A stretch of DNA of 64,000 bases from Octopus bimaculoides (lineage: Eukaryota), in NCBI RefSeq assembly GCF_001194135.2, contig NC_068984.1:126654274-126718273 (forward strand), written 5' to 3'. The position numbers were made by a program, and so were the translations under genes. The notes under the pieces were generated by a model. It was not told where the DNA came from, made no database searches, and saw only the letters and a list, made by a program, of their open reading frames with translations. Positions 26,298 to 39,240 of this stretch are shown here, in pieces; position 1 is the first letter of the stretch; the number at the start of each line of letters is the position of its first letter.

Positions 26298-27047
26298 GTA
26301 TATATGTGTGTGTGTATGCATATATGCATGTGTATGTATATATATCTACCTTAACACACACTGTAGACATACCATAGACCCACCTCTTCAAACACACCAG
26401 ACACACCTCAACATACTACAGACTTATCTCAACACATCACAGACATCTCCATCCAACAAAGGCACATCACTCACACACACCTCTACTCACCACATACATA
26501 AACCACTGATAAGTGTCACCACAAACCTACCTCTTCACATACTTCTGACACATCTTAAGACACCATAGATAAATCTCATAGACGCAATACGTAGACATAC
26601 CTACATGAAAGACAGATGCATAATCCTCCACAACATCACAGCCAGTACCACTGAACCTCCCCACTCCAGCATACCAAAGACTCACCCCCCACACAATACA
26701 TAGCGTGTTACTGACAGACTTCATTTGATGCATTGTAGGTATATGTTCATCAATACCACAGGCACACACACAATATTCATACAACCACAAAAGACATGTG
26801 CACACACATGAGGTATCCCTCATCTTACTAAACTCACACATGCACCCAACACACAAATCCACAATAAAACATATACACTAAACAACCTCCACAACAATCT
26901 ACAGACACACCTCCACATGACTCCCATACACAAAGGACACACCTCCACATGACTCCCATACACAAAGGACACACCTCCATACACAATATATAGACACACC
27001 TTCATGCAACACAGAAACACCTCTACACTATACAGAGAGCCTCTCCT

Positions 27048-27278
27048 TAGTGGTTCTCAACCATTTTTTGCCTATGGACCCCTTTGATTCTTATTCTATT
27101 TGAATGGACTCTCCTAACCATTCAATGTTTAAAAAATCCTAATATATTTTTATAATTAAATATTATAAGAAATTGTATAAAAAAATTAAAATATTTTGTG
27201 CATTTAAAATTATAATCAATTCATTGCAGATAGATTTTAACAATAAAATCTTATATTGACCCTGGTTGAGAATTACCG
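27048..27278. mobile_element. hAT/Charlie-type MITE
   Basis: Ends are tagtggttctcaacc and ggttgagaatt. A second right end, ggttgagaaccactg, finishes at 28333. Confidence 0.7.
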
Positions 27279-28026
27279 ATCTACACAGTTGCCCAGTTTG
27301 CTAGAAATAAAAGCTAAATTTCTTGTATCATACTTCTGTACTCTTGATAAAGGAAGCACACACTGGGAATGTAATTTTATATCATCATCCAAGTCATTAT
27401 TGTCATTGCTGCCATCAAAATCCTCTTTTTTTGGTGCTCGACTGGGCTGGACCAAAAAGTTTTTGACAGTATTCTATGGCTGGATGCCTTTACCCTTTCT
27501 TATTTTCAAGTTGGTTTGTTTATTCCACTGGTTTTTTTTATTTGTCAAACAACTTAACTGTGAGAGACATTGTTTATGCAAGACATGAACAAAGGTCACC
27601 ATTGCCAAAGTAGTGTCAGTGCAAAGACATGTAGAGTTAAACACACACACACACACACACACACCACATGCACACATGCACAAACGTGCACATACAGGTA
27701 TGCACACACACATTTTACTTGTTTGAATTGGAGGAAGGGGTGATGCCCTAGCTTTCATAGGCCCTTCTAGATGGGTGAGATTGATACTAGTAAAGTTCCT
27801 CTTGAATCATTGTAATCCAACACTTGCAGAGAAAATATGAGCAGGGAGGGAATTCTAGTGAGATGCTGTTCTCAAAAGGAAGGACTAGAAATAGAAGTCA
27901 GATGTCTCCCAAATTATTTCCCTACTGTCTCATAAAAGTAAAGGACACTATGTATGAAAAAACGATGGGATAGTCACAGCTAGATTGTTTTCAGTCATAG
28001 AATTGCTTGATCACAATAATCCTTAA

Positions 28027-28246
28027 CCCTTTAGTGTTTAAACCGGCTATATCCGGCCCAAATATTCTACTCATTTTATGCTCAAACTGGCCAGAACCAG
28101 TATTTCACACCTACCCTGCAATGTCATTCTAAAAATAAATAATTACATCTTTCAAATCTTGAAGCTACAAGATAATACCAGATTAATTTTTAAAAATGTA
28201 AATGAATAAGGATTACTTTTGACATATTAATTTGAACACTAAAGGG
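28027..28246. mobile_element. Complete 220-bp piggyBac-type MITE
   Basis: TTAA at 28023-28026 and 28247-28250, with a 12-bp perfect TIR ccctttagtgtt / aacactaaaggg. Confidence 0.88.
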
Positions 28247-29414
28247 TTAAAATAGTATTGTGGATCCTCAATTTACTATCTTGATGTATTGACCCCCCAA
28301 AATCTTATAATAGACCCTGGTTGAGAACCACTGGTTCTAAAGGTGGGTAAATTTAGCTTTGGCTGTTAAGTGTATTTGCCGTAGGTTTCCAGGTGCCATA
28401 TTCACTTAGCCACTTTGCATGACTCGTTAGAAGATACTAGTGGAAGAGTGAGAAGGAAAAGGAAAAGGCAATTAACGAAGTAATTTGAATAATAGAAGGA
28501 TTTGTTAAAAAAACAAGCTGTGTTCTTGTTAAGAATATCATTGTAAAGTTAATTGCATTACATAATAATAATAACAATAATAATAATGATGATGATAAAA
28601 GGGTTTTTTTTAATGTTTTTCTTAATTACTGCAGAACAGTACACAAACAAAGTTTTACAATGGTATTATCGTGGTGTTTCACTTAACAATACTAAATGCT
28701 AGATTATGTTTGCGAGTGAGAGCCAGTCAAGACTCTCCTTAATTACAAAACTAATTTGCTTTACGATTGTCCAGAGATATGACCAGACATGAACTTAGCT
28801 AGCCGCTCAGTGAAGCCTGCTGCTAGTGGTGAAAATCAAATTTTCACACTAGCGCATATAGATAACCATGCCAAGCTCCTCACCATCACTGCTGCTGCTG
28901 CTGCTACCACTGCTACCACCATCATCATCATCATCATCATCACCACCACTACCATTAAAACTCTTTCAGAATCCCTGGTTATTGTTGAATAACATGAAGA
29001 CATATCATGGGAATATAGAAGCAAGCAAACATCAATTTGTTTGTGTGTGATAACATGAAAAGGAGTGTTGAAATGATGTGATTGAGAGAAACTCTATCAT
29101 TATCTCTCCAATAATTACAATTCACAATACCTGTAATGAGTATTTATAGATATATGCATCTCTTTGGATACTGCTGATCGTATTAGGGATGCTGTTTCCA
29201 ACCTTTATAGGAATAATCTTTGACTTTTTTATCAGTTTCAGCCATTGGGCTGTGGCCATGCTAAGGCATCAACTTCAGGAGTTTTACCCAATTATATCAA
29301 CCTCAGTCTGGTGTTTATTTTTATCAGCTTCCATTCATTGAACTGCTAAGTTAGGTGTCATAAAAAGGACTGTACAATCAACTGTCATGAATTAGTGTGG
29401 TTTGACAGCATATC

Positions 29415-29623
29415 TTTTATCTTTTACTTGCCTCAGTCTAATGACTGAGGCCATGCTGGGGCACTATCTTGAAGAATTTTAGTTAAATGAATCAACCCCA
29501 GTACTTAATTTTTTCAAGCTTGGTACTTATTCTATTGATCTCTTTTGCCAAACTGCTAAGTTACACGCATATAAATACCCAGTTGACAAGCAGTGGTTGG
29601 AGGACAAACACAGACACAAAGAC

Positions 29624-29670
<47 letters not shown>

Positions 29671-29820
29671 ACAGGCTTCTTTTAGTTTCTATCTACTAAA
29701 TCCACTCACACGGCTTTGGTCAGCTTGAGGGCACTTACCCAAGGTGCTACAGAGTAGGACTGAACCCGGAACTGTACGGGTTGGGAAGCAAGCTTCTTAC
29801 CACACAGCCACACCTGCACC
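29415..29820 (-). mobile_element. SINE family A copy
   Basis: Same body and head as 8201-8604, with an internal (CA)n run. Confidence 0.85.
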
Positions 29821-30456
29821 TATACCATNNNNNNNNNNNNNNNNNNNNNNNNNNNNNNNNNNNNNNNNNNNNNNNNNNNNNNNNNNNNNNNNNNNNNNNN
29901 NNNNNNNNNNNNNNNNNNNNNNNNNNNNNNNNNNNNNNNNNNNNNNNNNNNNNNNNNNNNNNNNNNNNNNNNNNNNNNNNNNNNNNNNNNNNNNNNNNNN
30001 NNNNNNNNNNNNNNNNNNNNNNNACGGGTTGGGAAGCAAGCTTCTTACCACACAGCCACACCTGCACCTATACCATACTTTTGTTCATTGTTTTTATGCC
30101 TTGTGGAGCTGCAACAGAGATACCTTCTTAGCCATAATGACAGATAGAGGGAGCAAGGGCTGAACCAGCACCACAGCTGGTACTCGTTTTCTCTTGAGTT
30201 GATTACACTGGGGCATCGTGAAATGAGATGCTTTGCTCAAAGACACAGCTCACTACTTGATTCACGAATTGTACTTACAACCTTATGATTGTGTGCTGAA
30301 CATCCTAACCACTAAGTTGTGTGCTTTTCACTCATAAAGGAGCACATCACAAACAACAATTCTAGAATTTCAATCAGTGTAAATATAAGCACAGACACAG
30401 ATACACACATAGTCATATACTTGTGTGTGTGTACACATACATACTAACATGCATCT

Positions 30457-30582
30457 ATACACACATGCATGTGGAGATATACACAAATATGAACATGTAT
30501 ACACACATGCATGTGGAGATATACACAAATATGCACATGTATACACACATGCATGTGGAGATATACACAAATATGCACATGT
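30457..30582. repeat. 42-bp tandem repeat, three copies
   Basis: Unit atacacacatgcatgtggagatatacacaaatatgcacatgt. Confidence 0.9.
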
Positions 30583-30584
30583 AT

Positions 30585-30633
<49 letters not shown>

Positions 30634-31778
30634 CACAACAGGTTTCAGCACAGTTTCTGTTTACCAAATTCTTCTCAGAGTTCATAGTAGTAGCTAACAC
30701 ACACACACACACACACACATGTGTGTTTGTGTCACTCCAACCCCATCACTTGACAACCAGTGTTGGTTTGTTTGCATTCCCATAATTTAGTGGTTTGGCT
30801 AAAGAGACAAAATAAATACCAGTCTTAAAATATAAGTTCTGGGAGTGATTTGCTTTACTAAACCCTTAAAGGTGGTGCTCCAGCATGATTGCAGTCCAGT
30901 GACTAAAACAAGTAAAAGATTTCATGTTTTTTGTACTTGATTTTTTTTTTTTTTGCTTTTGTTTGTTTGTTTGTTTGTTATTGTAATATTTATTATGTTG
31001 TAAAATTTCAACATTTTACTAAAGAAACTGTGCAACCAGAAGAATTAACTATGATGTTAGCTACCAAACTTGGTTTTGTCAGGCATCAAACACCAGGCAT
31101 TCAACATGACTGAAGCATCTCTTAACAATGGCTGTGACAGAAGTCTACCTTACACTTATGCTCTTTTTATGTGTGAACTCCAGTCAAAGCAATGAATGCG
31201 TAATATTTAGCCATTAAATAAAACATTGCTGGAGATTTTCCAGCATTTGGCATGCCAATTGTTAGATTGTAGCTCAAAGTCAGGCACTATAGTTCTGATA
31301 AAGCAAATGTCTTATTATTGCAGGAAATATGGTAGCGGTGCAAACTTTGATAGTTTATATTTATATATAAACTGTTATGTTATTCTGTGTTGGATAGTTT
31401 GTGAATAGTTTAAAAGAAGAAGCACTGCAGGTGGTGAAGGTATTTGCTAGAAGTGAGGTAGATAATGTTGTGTAGAATAACTTCTCTTCTCTCTGGATAT
31501 ACAATTAAACCTATTTCATATCAGATTATATGTTTCTCTATGTTTAAATACCTGTCCATCTCTCTACCTTGTAATTTACACTCACTCACTCACACAATCA
31601 TGATTTTGCATTCATATAAAGAATACACACACACATATATGTATATATATATATATGCAGAGTCACAAGTTCATTTGCTAATGTCTAAATGTATAAGCCC
31701 CATTAATCATTGTATTGTTGTGGCAGCATTGAAAACATTGTCTTGATGAGATGTACCTGAGACAAGTATGTCGCTCTG

Positions 31779-31811
<33 letters not shown>

Positions 31812-32108
31812 CCATCATCATCATACTATTGTTGCTGCCACCTATGTTAAATGTTGATGACGATGATCTATGTAAATGTCACACAGTAGTGTTGCATATC
31901 ATATAAAACATTGTTACATATAACAAAAACATTATTTCATATCTCACTTCACTTTCTCTTAATGAATATCACAACTCATTTTTCCTTTTCTTGAAATCAC
32001 AAGTATTGACAACCCATTCATGGATACTTCTGATTAGACAACATATCAATAACTTTGTTCTGTCAACCACAGTCATAACTTGTTTCTTAATTATTGACAA
32101 TGCTTATA

Positions 32109-32560
32109 ATCATTACATCGTTTAACATCCGCTTTCCATGCTGGCATGGGTTGGACGGTTTGACTGAGGACTGGTGAGCCAGAGGCTGCACCAGGCTCAG
32201 TCTGATTTGGCAAAGTTTCTACAGCTGGATGCCCTTCCTAACACCAACCACTTCGAGAGTGTAGTGGGTGCTTTTACATACCACCGGCATGAGGGCCAGT
32301 CAGGCAGTTCTGGCAACGACTACGCTCAAGAGGTGTTTTTACATGCTACCTGCACGGGAGCCAGTCGAGCGGCACTGGCAACGACTATGCTCGAATGTTG
32401 TTTTTCACGTGCCACCGGCACATGTGCCAGTAAGGCAATGCTGGCAATGATCACGCTCAAATGGTGCTTTTCACAAGTCAACTGCACAGGAGCCAATCTG
32501 TGACCCTGGCAATGATCATGCTCGGATGTGCTTTTAATGTTCCACTGGCACAAGTGCCAA
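32109..32560 (-). mobile_element. RTE LINE 3'UTR with ~65-bp internal subrepeats
   Basis: Begins catcgtttaacatccgctttccatgctggcatgg; subrepeat anchors at about 32275, 32340, 32406 and 32472. Shorter copies of the same tail occur at about 6738, 13975, 35640, 39600, 42635, 51500, 60550 and 63358. Confidence 0.85.
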
Positions 32561-33030
32561 TCAGGCAGTACTGGCTCTGGAACCTGGGACATGCATTCCT
32601 CTTGGTGTCTGTGAGAAGATCTTCAAACATCTTGATCTTGGCCACCAGCTTGTCTTTGATGTTGCAGGCAGAACAGTTGTCTTTCTCAGCCACACCCCAC
32701 ACATAGAAATCAATGGGATTACAATTTCAGGAATTAAGAGACCAGAAATAGGTGCCGGTGAAGTGGTAGAAATTCTCTGACATCCACTTCTGACACTTTC
32801 CAGAAGTGTGGCAGGGAGCCAAACCCTGTTGACACACATATGGTCTTCTTGTAGCAACTCTCTCCAGCCAGAGATTGATTACAGTCTCCAGCAGCTTCAA
32901 CATAGCTATCTGAATTTAGCCTAAGGCCCTGTTCAAAGATGTGGGGCAGCATGTCTCCCTCACAGGACACATGCCCGAAACTATCACAGTTTAGGGGAAC
33001 TTGGTTTTGCATGATGTCCATATCACATTT
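32560..33030 (-). mobile_element. Tc1/mariner transposase fragment, maT (DD37D)-like, pseudogenised
   Basis: Frameshifted minus-strand peptides FGHVSCEGDMLPHIFEQGLRLNSDSYVE, FWSLNS*NCNPIDFYVWGVAEKD and KDKLVAKIKMFEDL...RNACPRFQS. Subfamily assignment is from recalled motifs. Confidence 0.8.
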
Positions 33031-34429
33031 TACAGCCATTACAGTATTCACAGAATATTGAGCAGCAGTCATGATGACAGCATTTTGATACCCTGTGTGA
33101 ATCATCATGATACAAGTAAATCTTTTCTAATATTCAAGTGGCTTCTAGCCCTCAATGTCAAATAACTTTTTCTGAACAACATCTTCAATATTTATGCTCT
33201 TCAATGCTATTGACTGTTCACCAATGCACCAAGCTATTCCTGAAAAAAGAAAAACAAACAAACAAACAGACATATAAATCATCAAATTTAGCCCAAACAC
33301 CCTGTACATTAATCTCAAGGTGACCTCAGGTCTGGTGAATAGTTTATGGTTGATGGAAACTGTAGCCCTTTATGGTTGATGGAAACTGTATGGAAGCCCT
33401 TTAAATGGGCTGTATTTATAATTCAAAGATCCAGCACTGTTACAGTCATTCTACTTGAGAATTACCTTCAGGGTACATGTGATAGGAGAATATGTAACCA
33501 TTTCACACACTAATTCAAAAAGCAGGTTTTCCAGTTGATCAAACAAATAGCTGGACTCTCATATGTTGAAATCTATGTGAGAGTCCATCATTATGTATTA
33601 TAGTGTCATATATTATTATACCATTATTTGATACCATCATATTTTTATATGTTATTACATATTATATATAATTATATTATCATATTAATATATCATTATA
33701 TGATATGATTATTTCAGTATATCATAGCATATTATATTATTATGTCATTATATTATTAAATTATTATAGTGCTATGATATCTTTTCCCCATTCTCATTAA
33801 TGTCTTTTGTCTGTTCTGGCATTATTCTATTGCTAGTTTCCTTCTTTGGTTTGCAATGAGTTCTCCACCAGACTGTTCAGTTCTGATAATTAGATGATTA
33901 GTTTATCAATTAGTTCATCTCATTGATTTCCTGATACCATCATTACTGCATTAGTACATTCTCATTACTGTCCTTCTTATGATGAATCACATTCTAATTG
34001 TTTCTGGTCCATCTCGCAATAGTAGAAATTTTATTTCTCTTAAGTTAAACTTTGGATGAAGCTATTTTCTTTTGTCTTTCTGGGTTCTGAGTTCAGTTTC
34101 ACCAACATGGGATCATATTGACTTTTTCTGTTTTCCACCCAACTCTTGGATGAAATAAATACCTGTAATATTTCTAGGTAGAGTTAATTGATTATACTTC
34201 TCTGGTCTGAACTAATCAATGTTTTCTAATTTTACATTGACAAAAGTGGTAGAGTACCTTATTTTGGTACAACTCTTTATATTTCTGTGTTGCACATCAC
34301 TACAGTAATAATATTGACTTCCATCACTCTTAGGTCATCAATTATCATTGTGTCTTCCATGCTATCATGGGTTAAACTCAGTAAAATAAATACCAGTACT
34401 ATATTGAGTTCTGTCCAGTTGACTCTACC

Positions 34430-34640
34430 ATGAATATAGCTGTATTTCTATAGCTGTTGCTATATTTGTATAAGAGTTACTATGTTCTGTATATGTTGTT
34501 ATATTTCTATAGATGTTTCTATATTTCTACAAATATTGCTGTATTTCTATGGTTTTTGCTGTGTTTCTATACATGTTATCATATTTCTATGGTTGTTTCT
34601 ATGTTTCTATAGATATTGCAATATATTCCTGCAAATATTG
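34430..34640. repeat. Degenerate ~20-bp minisatellite (atatttctatagatgttgct-like)
   Basis: The tatttctat motif recurs at about 20-bp intervals. Confidence 0.7.
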
Positions 34641-36885
34641 GATTTGAAGTAGATATTTTTAGCTCTAATTTGTATGTGGGACTGCCTGAATAGATCATCA
34701 GAGATCACGTGACCTAACATTTGCAGCAACTTTGCGAGTTTTAATTATGTGTTGTCCAAAGCCAGAGAGTGGGAGATACAAGATTGGTTTCTTGATATGA
34801 CAGTGATTGTATCTTCACGCTGTTGAAAGAGAAAAGACTGTCATGTCGGTGATTGCTTCTTCATGCAGTCAAAGGTTTCACTACTATTAGATGGAGTTGA
34901 TAGAGATTATCACAGAACCAACTGCTACTGATGTCCTCATATGTGATAATGTTGATTATGATAAATGTTTGTTATTCTTCAAGTTCTTCAGTTTGCATTA
35001 TTTAATTATTCTTAAGATATTTCTTTCCTGGTAAAAATCAGCCATTTGTAGTCTGACAGATTTAAAATTGATTGGTTGATCTAAGTGTAGAGTTGCTACT
35101 GGAGTTTTGGAAATAGTACACAAGACATGAACTGTTTGCAGAATAAAATAGTTATTGAGAAAACAAATTAAAAAGTTGCAATGACAATGTATAGTTAGTA
35201 ATTGAGGTTGGAATATTTTCATAGCAAGATTTTGTGGTGGCCATTGTTGGAATGTGAAGTATGGTACCTCAGTTGATATTATGTCTTGGTATCTTGATTG
35301 TCAGTAGATTGATTGTTGAATTTTCTAAAAATAACTGTTGTCATCTTCCTCCTCATCATCATTTCACCGTCACTTATCATTATAATCATCATCAATCATC
35401 CACCTCCTCATCCTCATCCTCCTCATCAATCATCCCCAACCTCTTCATCAGCATCAGTCATCATTGTCATCATCCTTATCATCATCATCATCTCACCATA
35501 AGCTATCATCATCTCATCATCAATCATCGTCATCAATCATCATCATCCTTATCATCAATCATTAATATCGTCACCTCCTCATCCTCATCTTCATCATCAG
35601 TCATCATCATCCTAATCATCATTGATGGTTGTTGTTATCATCATCATCATCATCATTTTACATCTGTTTTCCATACTGGCTTGGAAAGCAGCAAAGTAGG
35701 ATGGTACATCAGAATTCAATGGATCAGAAGACCCCATCTTGTCCCAAAGTCTCATATTTGGCATGATTTTCTATGGTTGGATGCCATTTCTAACATCAAC
35801 AACTTTACAGAGTGTACTGGGTGCATTTTGTGACACCACCACTATAGAAATTGCCTTGCTATCAGCAAGACCAGAGAGCCCTCTCAAGCCTTGTGTCAAT
35901 TACCAAACAGTTCTTAAAACAGAATCTCTTTTGCCTGACAGTGCTGCAATGGTGCATTGCCACTTTGGGATAAACACTGCAGGTATGATACTGCTCTCAG
36001 TCAAACCTCTTCAGGTTGCATACAGGACAATGAAACTGTTTTGCAGAGAGTTGCTCAGTATCCAAACACTAATTTGTGCAATTATGTCAACCAGCTGTTG
36101 TTGCTTGTAGGATGGGCTTAGCTATCAATTGAGTCCATTGTAAGAATAGACCTTCCGTCTTCCTTTAACAAGAAAAGGCAGCCAGATGTATTTTTTCTCT
36201 ATATTGTGGCTATCACGAAAGAGATCATGTGGTGGTCAAGATTGAAAGGACTGCTGACAAACAACTTCTTCTTCAATTTGGTCAAACTTTCAACTTCTTC
36301 AAGTTCTTGTTGAAAAGGAAGGTTAGAGAAGAGAATGAGGTGATGCACACCTCCAGTGAGTTTTCTGAAAGGTGGTGAGAATGGTGAGAATATTCCAAAT
36401 GGGTGGGTCTACTCTCAACATTTTTAATAGAATAAATTCACTGTAAAGAAACTATAACTTCTGACATTCACTTATGGAAGATTTCTTTGGCAGTTCTGCT
36501 ACATATCATACTTCACTGTTGTTCAGAACTTTCTAATAACTCTAGTCAACAGCTAAATTCAGAGTTGAATCAAGCTAATCTTTACTAATTTTGGGTAGCT
36601 AATTTTAAAAAATCATACCCATTTTTCAAGCTAAAGTTTTTGAATTGCAGAGTTATATCTGGTTTCGATTTTCTCAGAAGTGTCAGTCTAAACGATTCTT
36701 CAATAAAATGAAACTATTTGCAGTCCTGGGAGAGAAAGTCTTGAGACTTAATGGCGACAAATGTCTTTAATTCTCAAGGGTGACAATTTTCTGTAACCTG
36801 TCATAACATTCCTGAAGATCCCACAGGTGAAACTATGGTACTGAGTTCTCATTTTTCCAACATTCAACAGTAAACAGATGTGTGG

Positions 36886-36923
<38 letters not shown>

Positions 36924-37744
36924 NNNNNNNNNNNNNNNNNNNNNNNNNNNNNNNNNNNNNNNNNNNNNNNNNNNNNNNNNNNNNNNNNNNNNNNNNNNNN
37001 NNNNNNNNNNNNNNNNNNNNNNNNNNNNNNNNNNNNNNNNNNNNNNNNNNNNNNNNNNNNNNNNNNNNNNNNNNNNNNNNNNNNNNNNNNNNNNNNNNNN
37101 NNNNNNNNNNNNNNNNNNNNNNNNNNNNNNNNNNNNNNNNNNNNNNNNNNNNNNNNNNNNNNNNNNNNNNNNNNNNNNNNNNNNNNNNNNNNNNNNNNNN
37201 NNNNNNNNNNNNNNNNNNNNNNNNNNNNNNNNNNNNNNNNNNNNNNNNNNNNNNNNNNNNNNNNNNNNNNNNNNNNNNNNNNNNNNNNNNNNNNNNNNNN
37301 NNNNNNNNNNNNNNNNNNNNNNNNNNNNNNNNNNNNNNNNNNNNNNNNNNNNNNNNNNNNNNNNNNNNNNNNNNNNNNNNNNNNNNNNNNNNNNNNNNNN
37401 NNNNNNNNNNNNNNNNNNNNNNNNNNNNNNNNNNNNNNNNNNNNNNNNNNNNNNNNNNNNNNNNNNNNNNNNNNNNNNNNNNNNNNNNNNNNNNNNNNNN
37501 NNNNNNNNNNNNNNNNNNNNNNNNNNNNNNNNNNNNNNNNNNNNNNNNNNNNNNATTGTGAGGATATATATACCTCTTAAAGGGATGTTAGCATCCAATT
37601 TCCCCGGTTTTTATCCAGTGTATCGGTGAAGTACTAAAAAGATGTTAGCTTCTCATTGATGCAAATGGGTATATTAACATTTCTGTATATGAAAAGAAAA
37701 TGTATGTATGTGTATGATATATAATATGATATGATATATATTGG

Positions 37745-37945
37745 TTTCAAATTTTGGCTCAAGGCTAGCTGTTTTGGAAGAGAGGGTAAGTCAATTACAT
37801 CAAGCCAAGTGATCAACTGGTACTTATTTTATCAACCCCAAAATGATGAAAAGCAAAGTCGACCTCAGCAGAATTTGAACTCAGAACGTAAAGATGTATG
37901 ACATACTACCAAGCATTTTGCCAAGCATACTCACACTTCTGCTTG
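37745..37945 (-). mobile_element. SINE family B (Nin/Deu-domain-like), diverged
   Basis: Reverse complement of 41186-41400 (gatgaaaagcaaagtcgacctc...gaatttgaactcagaacg). Confidence 0.75.
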
Positions 37946-38717
37946 ATAATATATTACCATCCTGTTATCATATGGCATTGTTTCTCAAACAATGCACTGA
38001 GTATTCTTAAAAATGTAATTTAACACTTTAGAAAATACATTATGATACATGAGTATTTTGAAAAATGTGTTATTCCTAATTTTGTTACATTCAAATATGA
38101 TTGATAAAACAAGGTAAACAAAGTCTTCTTCATTTTTTTTTTTTTTTCTAATTTTTAACTTTAAAGCATCGTTGGTTTTCTTCTCTCCCACCCCTTTCCA
38201 TACAACGTGCACTGGTAATATTTTTTGTAAAATTTAATCATCTGATCATCTTCAGTGCACCAGAAATTCAAAAAAGATTAAGAACCACTGTCATATGATA
38301 TTATTGTAATATCAATGATATAACATAGTTACACACTGCTGTTAAATGATGTAGTAGTATCTCTGATATAAAACGCTGGTATTATATGCTGCAGCAAAAT
38401 ATATGACATAGCATATTTCAACTCTTTTATCACATAATGTAACAAAATCTATGATGCACCATCCACTCTGTGGCCCTCCCAAGACACAACTACAATAACA
38501 TGGTCTAGTAATCACTAAAGATATAATATATTTCCACTCTTCTATTATAGGGGATAGCGAAATGTATGATAAGACATATTACCCCTCTTCTGTTAAATAG
38601 CATACCAAATACATGATATAACAAACTTCCATTCCGCTATCATATGGTGCAATAATATCTATTATATTGCAGAAGTCCTGCAAAGGACATTGATGCATCC
38701 TCTTCCTCAAACCAAAC

Positions 38718-38762
<45 letters not shown>

Positions 38763-39054
38763 AAACAAAAAAGGGTTAAATAAGGGATATCAACCCACAC
38801 AAAATACTTCTTAAGATCTCTACAGATAAAAATACACCAGACTACTAAAAAGTCTGATGGCCGATATTGTACTCTAGGTAGTCTAAAGTGAAAAGCCGAA
38901 GTTGAAGTCCATCACCTGCCAAATTTATAAATCCATGGGTACATTACCCTGTTAAGATGATAGGTTTTTACAGAGTGACACATAAAATAGACAAAAATAA
39001 TGGATTATATACATTTATTTATTTATTATAGGCTATAAGCCTATAATAAATAAC

Positions 39055-39240
39055 CTTCTGGATTTGATGTTGTTAGTGTTGGGCCCTGAGGGGGCTGTAG
39101 CTTAGTCATAGAACTATACCTATCGTTCCATGTGCTTTCTAAAGTTGATGATCTTCTCAAGTAGCATTCTTGTGAAGAGTTCATTTGATGGTGTGGGTAT
39201 ATTTTTTGTTGAATAACCAAGACTGTATAATTCGATGTTC
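39055..39240 (-). mobile_element. Penelope-like element N-terminal relic
   Basis: LGYSTKNIPTPSNELFTRMLLEKIINFRKHM resembles the YSxKNIPxPS...LIEK...RMRW start of Penelope-type ORFs as I recall them; in-frame stops follow. Confidence 0.5.

Noticed and set aside
29775-30075. Direct repeat flanking a gap
   Set aside because: Identical contig ends indicate an assembly artefact.
35261-35833. 190-aa His/Ser-rich ORF
   Set aside because: It consists of (CAT)n-derived low complexity plus an RTE-tail fragment.
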